Shown here piece by piece: positions 9,365-20,437 of a DNA stretch of 64,000 nt. The notes under the pieces were generated by a model, which worked only from the letters and a program-made list of their open reading frames with translations, did no database searches and was not told the DNA's origin. Source of the DNA: an uncultured Clostridia bacterium (GTDB lineage Bacteria > Bacillota > Clostridia > TANB77 > CAG-508); contig CALXLP010000001.1 of assembly GCA_944389225.1 (NCBI GenBank), positions 42,303-106,302 of the forward strand, written 5' to 3'. Positions within the stretch are counted from its first letter, which is position 1. The number at the start of each line of letters is the position of its first letter. The position numbers and the translations under genes were made by a program.

Positions 9365-9592
9365 TTAATAATAGTCATAGTCGTCGGCATCATAGTCGTA
9401 TCCCAATTCATCATACAGAATTTGGACTTGTATCTCCAGCTCTCTTACACGGCTTGTAAGGTCCATTACAGTCGCAGCTGTGAGAATCAATAATCCCACT
9501 AGTCCAATGGTAACTACGATTCTTATGTACCGACTTTCCCGTTTCAACTCTTCGAGTTCTTCTTTGATGAATTTTTTGATTTTTTCTCTCAT
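9365..9592 (-). CDS. small single-pass membrane protein with acidic D/Y-rich tail
   Basis: I prefer the start at MREKIKKF (RBS AAAGGAAG 7 nt upstream) to the longer track ORF. TM segment IVVTIGLVGLLILTAATV; C-terminus YDYDADDYDYY. The DNA is visibly more GC-rich than its surroundings. Confidence 0.45.
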   Translation of the reverse strand: MREKIKKFIKEELEELKRESRYIRIVVTIGLVGLLILTAATVMDLTSRVRELEIQVQILYDELGYDYDADDYDYY

Positions 9593-9748
9593 TTTTTTCT
9601 TCCTTTCGTTGATAAAATATTTATGTAAAATCGCCAAAAAAGGCGATGAGAATGTGATACACTAGACAACTTGCCTATTTATATTTATTTTACCATATTT
9701 ACATAATTTTTTGTCTTTACTTTTCTTTTCTTGGCAATGTTTACATAC

Positions 9749-9794
9749 AAAAAGAGAAAACAATTTTTCCTTCACAATTGTTTTCTCTTTTTTC
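9749..9794. terminator. bidirectional rho-independent terminator downstream of mreB
   Basis: AGAGAAAACAATT-loop-AATTGTTTTCTCT flanked by A and T runs. Confidence 0.7.
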
Positions 9795-9846
9795 TTTCTT
9801 CATTATTTTCATAATGTGAAATTTTAGAAATACATTTTGTTTGACA

Positions 9847-10897
<1,051 letters not shown>

Positions 10898-10968
10898 TTA
10901 CAATTATATTACAATGTTGTTATTTTTTCAACCATTTTTTGTAAAAAAGATATTCTATTTACTTAATT

Positions 10969-11550
10969 TTATATATTTATATAGTTTTTTATCACATCAT
11001 ATACTTTATGTGTTGGTAATCCAAGAGCTGATGTATAATTTCCTTCTATTTTTTCTACATGCACACAAAATTCATTTTGAATTCCATATGCAGCAGCCTT
11101 GTCCATGGCATTTCCTGTATCTAACCATCTTTCAATTTCTTCATCTGATATATCTTTTAGATATACTTTTACTGCATCATATGTTCTATACTCTTTTAAT
11201 TCTCCATTTTCTTCTATTAAAATACTTAATCCTGTTATAATTTCATGCACTTTGTCTCCTGTAATTAATTCTTTTATCATTTCTTTTGCATGTTTTCTAT
11301 TTTTTGGCTTTCCATATATTTTGCCATTTTTTGTAACAATGGTATCAGAACCAATGATAATTCTATCACCTTCAGTCCTGTCATATACATTTTTTGCTTT
11401 TGTATAAGCTATTTGTGTCACTTGTTCTTCTACGGATAATTTATCATTTAAAGTTTCTTCTTGATTACTCACTATAACTTCAAATTTAGGAACAATTAAT
11501 GCTAGTAATTCTTTTCTTCTTGGAGATTGAGATGCTAATATAATTTTCAT
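10969..11550 (-). CDS. maf: Maf-like nucleoside triphosphate pyrophosphatase
   Basis: MKIILASQSPRRKELL start and the family-typical GAYGIQ-like block (AAAYGIQ). Confidence 0.85.
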   Translation of the reverse strand: MKIILASQSPRRKELLALIVPKFEVIVSNQEETLNDKLSVEEQVTQIAYTKAKNVYDRTEGDRIIIGSDTIVTKNGKIYGKPKNRKHAKEMIKELITGDKVHEIITGLSILIEENGELKEYRTYDAVKVYLKDISDEEIERWLDTGNAMDKAAAYGIQNEFCVHVEKIEGNYTSALGLPTHKVYDVIKNYINI

Positions 11551-11552
11551 TT

Positions 11553-12035
11553 TTATTCCTCCTTTAGTGGATTTCTTCTATTTCGTAATTGTTGTATCAT
11601 AAAAAACATACAAATTAGAACAATAAAAATCACAATGATTACTTTTTTCCAAAAATGAATATTGGGTATTACAAAAATCACTTTTCCAATAACAACATCT
11701 TTTGTTATTGGATCATCTTGTACATTATTGGCATCACCTTTTGTGATCAATGTATTCTCTTCCATTTTTATTAATCGATGTGTAATTAAACTTTCTTCTT
11801 TTTTATATACAATAATATCTTCTTCTTTTATATCTGAAGTTAGCTGAACAATAACACCATCACCTATTTCAAGTGTTCCTGACATACTTCCTGTAACTAC
11901 TTCTAAAATTGTATAACCAAATAAATTTGTGTATTTCTCACCAGTTACTTTCTTTTGTATGATGCTATATAATAACCATATTATAATGACAAATATCATC
12001 ATATATATTACAATATTTAAAATTTTTTTTGCCAT
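11553..12035 (-). CDS. signal peptidase I, SipW/archaeal-type (S26B)
   Basis: N- and C-terminal TM segments; motifs GSMSGTL, THRLI and GDANNVQD. Confidence 0.75.
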   Translation of the reverse strand: MAKKILNIVIYMMIFVIIIWLLYSIIQKKVTGEKYTNLFGYTILEVVTGSMSGTLEIGDGVIVQLTSDIKEEDIIVYKKEESLITHRLIKMEENTLITKGDANNVQDDPITKDVVIGKVIFVIPNIHFWKKVIIVIFIVLICMFFMIQQLRNRRNPLKEE

Positions 12036-12083
12036 GTATTCTCCTATTTGTTTTATTTTTTGTCTAAATCTTTTAACTCTTTC

Positions 12084-12116
12084 AAAATGTCCAAACAGAA
12101 ACGTCCCAAATTGTCC
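12084..12116 (-). repeat. REP-like repeat copy
   Basis: AAAATGTCCAAACAGAAACGTCCCAAATTGTCC, between the slt stop and the signal peptidase start. Confidence 0.85.
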
Positions 12117-12128
12117 TAAATTGTATCA

Positions 12129-12698
12129 TTATCCATATAACTCATTATATACACCATAGTCTCTTAATATCTTTCTCACATAATTATTGGTTTCTTTATA
12201 TGGTATATTTTCAATATCTGAACCATCTGCTTGTATAATTTGCTTATCTATCCAATTGTTCACAGTTCCTATCCCTGCATTATATGCTGCTAATGCTACT
12301 TCTATGTTTTCATATTGTGTTAATAATGTTGAAAGATATTTTGTTCCAATATTGATATTATTATCAATATCTAATAATTCTTCTACTATATTTTCTGTAT
12401 CAATATCTATCTGATTTTTATTAGCAACATCTATGGCTGTTTCCTTTACAATTTGCATTAGTCCAATTGCTTCTCTATTAGAAACTGCTTCACTGTCAAA
12501 ATTGCTTTCTGCTTTTATCACTGCATATATTAAATTTTCCTCTACATCATATTCCTCTGCATAAACTGATATAATTTCACTATATGTTTTAGGGTATAGT
12601 ATTTTTAATAATTTATCTTTAAACAGAACGAATAGTATGACTACTATGAATATCATAATAGCCGTACCAATTACAATTTTATATTTGTTTTTCAACAA
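12129..12698 (-). CDS. membrane-anchored lytic transglycosylase (SLT domain)
   Basis: N-terminal TM; catalytic ES block (AVIKAESNFDSEAVS), GLMQI and AYNAG. Confidence 0.85.
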   Translation of the reverse strand: MLKNKYKIVIGTAIMIFIVVILFVLFKDKLLKILYPKTYSEIISVYAEEYDVEENLIYAVIKAESNFDSEAVSNREAIGLMQIVKETAIDVANKNQIDIDTENIVEELLDIDNNINIGTKYLSTLLTQYENIEVALAAYNAGIGTVNNWIDKQIIQADGSDIENIPYKETNNYVRKILRDYGVYNELYG

Positions 12699-12756
12699 AG
12701 TTTCCTCTCCTTTTCAATTTTAAAACTCCCTAATATTTCCATTCATTTTTTAGCAA

Positions 12757-12940
12757 TCAATCAATATTATTATTTTTGAATTCATCGACGAATGTGACGT
12801 GAAACGGACGTACAAATTCTTAATTTTAAATAAATGAGGAAGCGCGTTTGTAGCGAGAGGCTCGTTTATTTAAAATTTAGAATTTGTAGTACATGGAACT
12901 AGCCGAGGAAATAATAAAAAAATAATAATATTGATGAATT
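12757..12940. other. about 180-bp nested inverted-repeat element with a GC-rich core
   Basis: Outer arms AATCAATATTATTATTTTT / AAAAATAATAATATTGATG. Inner arms of about 30 nt, GTACAAATTCTTAATTTTAAATAAATGAG / CTCGTTTATTTAAAATTTAGAATTTGTAGTAC, surround a GC-rich loop. It sits between the polA stop and the slt start. Confidence 0.5.
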
Positions 12941-12963
12941 ACACTAAAAAAATATCATAAATT

Positions 12964-15663
12964 TTATTTACAATCATACCAATTTTTTGCTTCTGATATT
13001 TCTGCAACAAGTGGTATTTTTAATTGTATTGCAGACTCCATTTCCCTTTTCATGATATCTTTTACTTCTTCTTTTTCACTTTCCGGTGCTTCAATCATCA
13101 TTTCATCATGTACTTGTAAAATAATTTTAGCTTTTAACTCTCTCTTTTTCAATTCCTTATTTACATTAATCATCGCTATTTTCATAATATCAGCAGCTGT
13201 CCCTTGAATCGGTGTATTCATTGCCACCCTATTTCCAAATTGTCTTACCATATAGTTTTTAGAATTCAACTCAGGAACATATCTTCTTCTATGGAATAAA
13301 GTTTCAACATATCCTTTTTCCTTTGTCTTTTCAATAATATTCTCCATAAATTCTTTTATTCCTGCATACTCTGTTAAATATTCATCTATATATTGTTTTG
13401 CTTTTTTTCTAGAAATTCCTAGTTGTTCTGCTAATCCAAAATCACTAATTCCATAGACAATTCCAAAGTTTACAGCTTTTGCATTACTTCTTTGCTCTTT
13501 GGTTACTTCATCAATTGGTGTTTTGAAAACTTTTGAAGCTGCTTGTTTATGAATATCTTCATTATTTTTAAAAGCTTCTATCATGTGCTTGTCTTCTGAA
13601 ATATGTGCCAATACTCTTAATTCTATTTGTGAATAGTCTGCATCAATATAGACTTTTCCCTCTTCTGGTTTAAATACTTTTCTTACTCTTTTTCCCAATT
13701 CAAACCTAGTAGGAATATTTTGCAAATTAGGCTCTGTTGAACTAATTCTTCCTGTTGCTGTTATGGTTTGATGGAAAAAGGAATGAATTCTTTTGGTTTT
13801 CGGATTAATAAATGGTTTTAATCCTTCTACATATGTAGAATTTAATTTCATTAACTGTCTATATTCTAATATCTTTCCAATAATTGGATCTTCTCTTTTT
13901 AGTTTTTCTAGAACATCTACATCTGTAGAATATCCGTTTTTTGTTTTCTTAATAACTGGTAATTTCATTTTTTCAAAAAGAATTTCTCCTAATTGTTTTG
14001 TAGAATTAATATTAAATTCTTCTCCTGCCATTTCATGAATTACCTTTGTTAAAACTTCAATTTGTGAAGTCAATTCTTCTCCAAATGCACTTAGTTCTTG
14101 TTCATCGACATACATTCCATTCCATTGCATGCTAGATAAAACTTCTACTGTTGGCATATCAATATTGGTATATAAGTCAAAGCTATTAGTTTCTTTTAAT
14201 TTTTGTAAAATCATTGTATTTATTTTTTCAATAACATATGCATACAAAGTATATTTTTCCGAATCTTTTTTATCATTTTGAGTATCATTTTCTTCAAATA
14301 AAGTCATTTGTTTTTGATTATCTTCTTCCCCTATATATTCCTCTATATCCAATTCTAAATATTGCATTGCTAAATTTTTAAGGTCTAATTTATTATTTGT
14401 TGGATTCAAAATATATGCTCCAATAGATATATCATTTTCAATTCCTTCTAATGTAATGTCTACTTGTTTTAATAAAATATATATTTTTGTTAAATTGATG
14501 CTTGTCTTTTTTATATTTTCATCTTCAAAAATTTCTTTTAATTGTGACATTTCTTCTTGGTTTAGTTTTATATAGTAGGCTTCTTGAGTATCTGAATTAT
14601 ATAAACTCATTCCTGTTATTTTTTCTTTTATGATATTATCTGGATTCTCCTCTTTTTCTGTTTGTAAATAGAAGATTATCTTTTTTTGTGATTTTACTAT
14701 ATCCATAACCTCTTCTATTGATTTTTCAACTGTTTTAAATTCTACTTTATAGGTTTCTTCTTGACTATCCTTCTCGCCTGTTAAATGGAATCTTTCAATA
14801 TATCGATTAAAATTTAATTCTTTAAATAATTTTAATACTTTTTCCTTATCCCATTCTTCTACTTTAAATTGTTCTAAAGTATCTTCGATTGGAACTTCTA
14901 GATTGATGGTTCCTAATGTTTTAGATAATTCTGCTAATTCTTTATTATCTTTAATCTTTTCTCTTTGCTTTCCTTTTAAATCATCTTCATTTTTTTCTAT
15001 TTTGTCATATAAATTATCAATAGTTCCATATTTCTGAATTAAAGATAATGCTGTTTTTTCTCCAATCCCAGGTACACCTGGTATATTATCTGAACTATCT
15101 CCTTGTAATCCTTTTACTTCTATCAATTGTTTTGGCTCTATTCCATAAGTTTCCAATATTTTACTTCTATCAAATAAATCGGTTTCTGTTTTTCCACCTT
15201 TTGTTCTAGGAATTCGAATCGTTACATTATCTGTTGCTAATTGGAAAGTATCTCTATCTCCTGATAATATGGTAACATGAAGTCCTTGTTTTTCTCCATA
15301 TCTAGAAAGCGTTCCTAAAACATCATCTGCTTCATAACCTTCTTTTTCCACAATATCAATATTCATAGCTCTTAATATTTCTTTAATTAAAGGCATTTGC
15401 TCTGCCAATTCATCTGGCATTCCTTTTCGATTGGCTTTATATCCTTCATATAATTTATGTCTTGCTGTTGGTGCTTTTAAGTCAAATGCAACAGCCATAT
15501 ATTTAGGATTGGCATCTTCTATTAATTTAAATAAAATTGCTAAAAAACCATATACTGCATTTGTATACTTTCCATCTTTCGTCGTTAGCATTTTACTTCC
15601 CATAATTCCATAAAATGCTCGATTCATGATACTATTTCCATCTATTAAAACAAAATTATCCAT
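12964..15663 (-). CDS. polA: DNA polymerase I
   Basis: 5'-nuclease, inactive-looking exo and Pol A motifs (DYSQIELR, QVHDE). I prefer the start at MDNFVLIDGNS (RBS AAAGGAGG) to the longer track ORF. Confidence 0.95.
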   Translation of the reverse strand: MDNFVLIDGNSIMNRAFYGIMGSKMLTTKDGKYTNAVYGFLAILFKLIEDANPKYMAVAFDLKAPTARHKLYEGYKANRKGMPDELAEQMPLIKEILRAMNIDIVEKEGYEADDVLGTLSRYGEKQGLHVTILSGDRDTFQLATDNVTIRIPRTKGGKTETDLFDRSKILETYGIEPKQLIEVKGLQGDSSDNIPGVPGIGEKTALSLIQKYGTIDNLYDKIEKNEDDLKGKQREKIKDNKELAELSKTLGTINLEVPIEDTLEQFKVEEWDKEKVLKLFKELNFNRYIERFHLTGEKDSQEETYKVEFKTVEKSIEEVMDIVKSQKKIIFYLQTEKEENPDNIIKEKITGMSLYNSDTQEAYYIKLNQEEMSQLKEIFEDENIKKTSINLTKIYILLKQVDITLEGIENDISIGAYILNPTNNKLDLKNLAMQYLELDIEEYIGEEDNQKQMTLFEENDTQNDKKDSEKYTLYAYVIEKINTMILQKLKETNSFDLYTNIDMPTVEVLSSMQWNGMYVDEQELSAFGEELTSQIEVLTKVIHEMAGEEFNINSTKQLGEILFEKMKLPVIKKTKNGYSTDVDVLEKLKREDPIIGKILEYRQLMKLNSTYVEGLKPFINPKTKRIHSFFHQTITATGRISSTEPNLQNIPTRFELGKRVRKVFKPEEGKVYIDADYSQIELRVLAHISEDKHMIEAFKNNEDIHKQAASKVFKTPIDEVTKEQRSNAKAVNFGIVYGISDFGLAEQLGISRKKAKQYIDEYLTEYAGIKEFMENIIEKTKEKGYVETLFHRRRYVPELNSKNYMVRQFGNRVAMNTPIQGTAADIMKIAMINVNKELKKRELKAKIILQVHDEMMIEAPESEKEEVKDIMKREMESAIQLKIPLVAEISEAKNWYDCK

Positions 15664-15724
15664 TTTTTCCTCCTTTGCCTTGTGTCTCATTAAATTTCTT
15701 TGTCTATGCGACCTTTTTCAAATT

Positions 15725-17173
15725 TTAAGATTTCGTAATTTTTGTTTTTGGAAAAATGTTTTTTAAGTTCAAACACATAAAACTCCCCAACAGCATGAAA
15801 AATGTAAATGGTGTTCCATTTCTCCAACCTTCTCCATTGATTAAGAAAACACTATTGGCAAATTGACTGATTAATGCAATTTGTACAGCAAATTGCATCA
15901 TCCTTTTCTTTTGCCACATCATTAATGGAAATAGCCACATGATATACCATGTTTGAAAATTGGTAATTAGTAAAAACAAAAATGCTACCAAAAAATATTC
16001 TACTGTTCTCATTTCTTCTCTAAATTTTATTTGCTTTTTATATAATAATGTTAAACAAGTAAAGAAATATATCATAATAAATAAAGCTAAAAACAGAGCA
16101 TTTACATTAGCAATCAAATTTGGTATATCAAAATATTCCATTAATATGATATAAAAGTTTTTTGCAAATTTTTCTTGTTGTGCCATAATTCCATTTAGTA
16201 CTTGTATATCTTGAATATATAGTAAATAAGTAATTGCTACTACAAATATAAATAGCATACCATATAAAAAGCATTTCTTCAATCTTTCTAAAGGCTTTTT
16301 ATCTCTAAAGTAATAAATAATTATAAATGGTAATAATAAAATTGCAAAATATTTTATAGCAGTAGCTAATGCTAAAAACACAATACTAACAATGATGTTC
16401 TTCTTTTTTAATAGGAAATATAGAGATGCTAGTATACATGTTACAACATATATATCGTTATGTACATTTGCAATTCCTTCTATAAACATATATGGATTTA
16501 GTCCATATAGTAATACAAATAATTTTTTTCCTGTTAATTTATAAATAAGATAACAATTTAATAAATGAATTACCATATTTAGCAATTTTAGTACTAATAA
16601 TGCCATATCAATGTTTCCAAAAGAAATTCCTGCTACAATCTTACAAATCAATGTCCATATCGGTCCATATACAACCGTTGTATTTGCCCAATAATTTCCA
16701 TATCCATTTGCTAATACGGTATCTTGTTCTAAATATTGGCTATTATCTCCATTTTCTACAAATTCTTGTATTGTTATATAATATGGATTTTGTCCATATT
16801 TGCTATCTAATCTTCCCACTCCTAAATAATAAAATACATCTGAACTTAAGAATGGCACAACTATGACGAAAATTAGTGAAATAATCGCTATATACATATA
16901 CATCTGCTTATTGTTTTTAAAGATTTTTTCTCTATTTTTTACAATCAAAAAATAAAATATAGTCAATACTATTAAAATAGCAATATACATTATCGTTTGG
17001 TCAACTGTATTTGTATCATTTAAACAAAATTTATAATATTCGTTAAAATTATCTATGGTTTTATTTTCTAATAAATACTGAATAGATGGTATTGCAAACA
17101 AAATACAAGCCAATATAAAAACTGCTATTATAACTTTTTTTGAATTTATAAATTCTATTACTTTTTCCTTCAT
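15725..17173 (-). CDS. polytopic membrane protein, GT-C-like glycosyltransferase (DUF2029/GT87-like)
   Basis: 482 aa with more than 10 predicted TM helices. The YGPIWT loop after the first helices is typical of the family. Confidence 0.45.
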   Translation of the reverse strand: MKEKVIEFINSKKVIIAVFILACILFAIPSIQYLLENKTIDNFNEYYKFCLNDTNTVDQTIMYIAILIVLTIFYFLIVKNREKIFKNNKQMYMYIAIISLIFVIVVPFLSSDVFYYLGVGRLDSKYGQNPYYITIQEFVENGDNSQYLEQDTVLANGYGNYWANTTVVYGPIWTLICKIVAGISFGNIDMALLVLKLLNMVIHLLNCYLIYKLTGKKLFVLLYGLNPYMFIEGIANVHNDIYVVTCILASLYFLLKKKNIIVSIVFLALATAIKYFAILLLPFIIIYYFRDKKPLERLKKCFLYGMLFIFVVAITYLLYIQDIQVLNGIMAQQEKFAKNFYIILMEYFDIPNLIANVNALFLALFIMIYFFTCLTLLYKKQIKFREEMRTVEYFLVAFLFLLITNFQTWYIMWLFPLMMWQKKRMMQFAVQIALISQFANSVFLINGEGWRNGTPFTFFMLLGSFMCLNLKNIFPKTKITKS

Positions 17174-17201
17174 TTTTTTCTCCTTTATTCTTTTTTTGTT
17201 A

Positions 17202-17343
17202 GGGACAATTGGGGACGTTTCTGTTTGGACATTTTTGATATATTTACAATAAATTTGTTTCTAATAAAGACATATAAAATAAAAAAATTATAGTTAACAG
17301 TTTTTACATAAAATGTCCAAACAGAAACGTCCCCAATTGTCCC
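17202..17343. mobile_element. REP doublet (REPIN/MITE-like): two 34-nt repeat copies as perfect terminal inverted repeats
   Basis: 17202-17235 GGGACAATTGGGGACGTTTCTGTTTGGACATTTT is the exact reverse complement of 17310-17343. The spacer between them is 74 nt and AT-rich. The arm orientation matches that of the arms around the RAYT gene. Confidence 0.9.
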
Positions 17344-17347
17344 TTTG

Positions 17348-18835
17348 TCAAAATTCAAAAAAATGAAATACATCTGGAAGGAACCTTTCTAAATAATTCG
17401 TTTCTGCATTTAAGAATGTTCCAATAAAATTAATTAAAATACTAATTTCTATTAATATAAGAACTGTTATCAAAATAACTTTTTTCGTACTTTCTTTTGG
17501 GGCATTTTCATACATTAAAAACCAAATAATCATCGCTACTATAGAAAACATCCAAAAGAAATCAACAGCATATCGTTGTATTGTACCTCCCATATATACA
17601 TCTAACATACACATTATGAGTCCAACAATTGGTAATGTAATCATCATTCCTTTTAAAATAGGATCTTTGACCTTTTTATAATACTTATACCAAAAAACAC
17701 AACTAATAATCGTTAAGTTAAAAAATAAAATTCCACAAACAATACCTCCACTACAATAATTTGCCGTATGTCCTTCTGTACTATAATCTGTATATATGTA
17801 AGGATATTTTTCCTGCAAATGTGGTGGTTCTAATAAATATTGATACATTCCCTTTGGTATATCTTTATATCTTTCTGACAAATTGGTAACATCCACTATT
17901 GTTAATTGATATTTTGCTCCAAATTCAAAAACACTTCCAAACCTTGCATAATTATATATCATTAGTGGAATCGCCACAATCATATATGGCACAATTATAA
18001 AAAGCAATGTCTTTTTCAAAGATTTATTTTTATAAGCTTGTTTTAATATCTTGTACAAGAATGGTAATAATAAAACTGATGCTAATACTAATGTTGGTCT
18101 ACATCCGACTGCTAATGCCATAGACAAACATGCTAAAAATAAATATTTCAAGTTAACTTTTTCTTCATCGTCCGTCGCTTTAAACATACAAACCAGTCCT
18201 AATAGAACAAAAAAGTACCCTGACATTATGGCTAATTCATATGCCCACATTCTCCAAGTATTCCATACATATAGTCCAGAAATTAATCCAGCTATTATAA
18301 ACAAAAATAATAGATTAAATGGTATTTTTTTGAACCATCGCTTATAAATTTGTATAATGAGAACTGTGCTTGTTACCATTGATAAACTAGCAAATAAAAA
18401 AGTTCCTACATTTGTTGGCAAATAGAATCCTGTTATAAGTTTAAATGGTACAAATATGAGTATTGCTGGAACAACTCCAAAATACACATAATATTGTCCA
18501 TTGTAATATGCTGTATCAAAAGAATAGTCTGCCCATACTCTTTGATTTGGATCATATGGATTTTCTAATTTTTTTAATTCTTCTGATGGTTCTATGTCAA
18601 TACTTACTTTTCCTTCTAGTATGGCATCTACCAAATATTTATTATAAATATCATTTTCTTCTCCTAAATAATCTGAAACAATATTTGGTTTCATTGCCAA
18701 TAAAATAATATATAAAAGTATAAAACCAACGATGATTACTTTTTGAGAAGGTTTTCCTGTATACGGTTCTCTAAATATATTTACCTTATACAATATACAT
18801 CCCATTATGATAATGAAAATTAATATAATTAACAT
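17348..18835 (-). CDS. polytopic membrane protein, GT-C/ArnT-PMT-like glycosyltransferase
   Basis: 495 aa with many TM helices and a loop pattern resembling lipid-linked sugar transferases. This is a weak call. Confidence 0.4.
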   Translation of the reverse strand: MLIILIFIIIMGCILYKVNIFREPYTGKPSQKVIIVGFILLYIILLAMKPNIVSDYLGEENDIYNKYLVDAILEGKVSIDIEPSEELKKLENPYDPNQRVWADYSFDTAYYNGQYYVYFGVVPAILIFVPFKLITGFYLPTNVGTFLFASLSMVTSTVLIIQIYKRWFKKIPFNLLFLFIIAGLISGLYVWNTWRMWAYELAIMSGYFFVLLGLVCMFKATDDEEKVNLKYLFLACLSMALAVGCRPTLVLASVLLLPFLYKILKQAYKNKSLKKTLLFIIVPYMIVAIPLMIYNYARFGSVFEFGAKYQLTIVDVTNLSERYKDIPKGMYQYLLEPPHLQEKYPYIYTDYSTEGHTANYCSGGIVCGILFFNLTIISCVFWYKYYKKVKDPILKGMMITLPIVGLIMCMLDVYMGGTIQRYAVDFFWMFSIVAMIIWFLMYENAPKESTKKVILITVLILIEISILINFIGTFLNAETNYLERFLPDVFHFFEF

Positions 18836-18850
18836 ATGATAATACCCTTT

Positions 18851-20407
18851 CTATTTTTTTACCTCATGGTATTCTTTTTCTGTATTAACTTTCCAAATAT
18901 TTGATTTATCTTTTTTATTTTCTTTTATATCTTTAACCGTTTCTATTGCTGTTAACATAGCATGGTCCATATTATTATATCGATGTTGTCCATTTCTTCC
19001 AATACAGTATAAGTTCTCTATTTCATTTAAATACTTTATCAATTCATCTATTTTTGCATATGTATCAAAATATGCAGGATATGCTTTTTTTATTTTCTCC
19101 ATATGCGTATCTTTTATCTTTACTGTCTCTTCTAATATTCCTATTTTTTTCAATTCATTGATTGCCATATTTTTGAAATCTTCTTCTGTCATATTCCATA
19201 ATTCATCATTTTCATTGCAAAAATATTCTAATCCTAACCATACTGTTTCTTGAGGTTTTTCCACTAAATATGGTGACCAGTTATTAAAAATTTGTATTCT
19301 TCCTACATTTACATCAGGTTCTTGAACATATATCCAACAATCTGGTACAATGTTTCCTAATGTCTTTATAGTAGTTTCATTTTTTATTTTTAATTTGTCT
19401 ACCAAAATTCCTATAGTTATGAAATCTCTATATGGTAAATGAATTGCTATATCTAATATATCTTCTGGTACTGTTTCATTTTCTATGTTTTCCACTAAAT
19501 CTTTTAAAGGCATAGAAGATATAAATATGTCTCCTGTAAATTCTTCTTCATTTCCATTATGCAAACATACTACTGATTTTATTTTTCCGTTTTCTTTTAT
19601 TATTTTTTGTACTTTATATCCACGTTTTATTGTTACACCATTTTGTTCTATAATTTCAGCAAGTCTCTCCCATAATTGTCCCGGTCCATATTTGGGATAC
19701 CAAAATCGTTCTATCAATGATGTTTCTGTGTTTTTATTGTTCTTTATCTTCAAAACTTTATATAGCATATCTTTTAAAATGGCTGCTATAGAAAGTCCTT
19801 TAGCACGTTGTTTTCCCCAGTCTGGTGAAATTTGACTTGGATGCCTTCCCCATACTTTTTCTGTATATTTCTCAAAAAACATTTGATATAGAACTTTTCC
19901 AAATCGATTAATATAAAAGTCTTCTAATGATTCTTCTTTTCTTTTAAAAATACTACTTTTTAAATAACTGCATCCTGCTTGTATTGTCTTTTTCAATCCC
20001 ATATTTTTAAAAGTTTCTAATTTAATTTCTATTGGATAATCAAAAAACTTTCTTGCATAATATATTCTTGAAATTCTGTGTCTGATTAGCATAACATTAT
20101 CTTCTTTTTCTGGATCTGGTCCGTCTTTTACTAATTCTGCTGTTCTTTCTAGGACTTTATCGTCAATTGCTTTTTCCCCTTGTAAAGGCATGATTTCCTT
20201 CCAAAAATTCATAATATTTTCATCTTTTGAAAAAAATCTATGTCCTCCAATATCCATCCTATTTTGCTTATATTTAATGGTTTTAGATATTCCTCCAACA
20301 TCTTCTAATTCTTCTAATACAGTCACACTATATTGTTTATCTTTTGATAATTCATAAGCAGCAGTTAAACCTGCTGGTCCTGCACCTATTATAATTACGT
20401 TATACAT
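18851..20407 (-). CDS. NAD(P)/FAD-dependent oxidoreductase (amine-oxidase/UDP-galactopyranose-mutase-like fold)
   Basis: N-terminal dinucleotide motif IIIGAGPAGLTAAYEL..VTVLE...GG. Confidence 0.7.
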   Translation of the reverse strand: MYNVIIIGAGPAGLTAAYELSKDKQYSVTVLEELEDVGGISKTIKYKQNRMDIGGHRFFSKDENIMNFWKEIMPLQGEKAIDDKVLERTAELVKDGPDPEKEDNVMLIRHRISRIYYARKFFDYPIEIKLETFKNMGLKKTIQAGCSYLKSSIFKRKEESLEDFYINRFGKVLYQMFFEKYTEKVWGRHPSQISPDWGKQRAKGLSIAAILKDMLYKVLKIKNNKNTETSLIERFWYPKYGPGQLWERLAEIIEQNGVTIKRGYKVQKIIKENGKIKSVVCLHNGNEEEFTGDIFISSMPLKDLVENIENETVPEDILDIAIHLPYRDFITIGILVDKLKIKNETTIKTLGNIVPDCWIYVQEPDVNVGRIQIFNNWSPYLVEKPQETVWLGLEYFCNENDELWNMTEEDFKNMAINELKKIGILEETVKIKDTHMEKIKKAYPAYFDTYAKIDELIKYLNEIENLYCIGRNGQHRYNNMDHAMLTAIETVKDIKENKKDKSNIWKVNTEKEYHEVKK

Positions 20408-20437
20408 ATTATCCTCTCATATTTTTTAATTTTTTCC

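Noticed and set aside
17185-17373. 62-aa ORF from the track
   Set aside because: It is read entirely across the two arms of the REP doublet and its AT-rich spacer. It has no RBS, and its peptide (…KMSKQKRPQLSL…) is simply the repeat translated.
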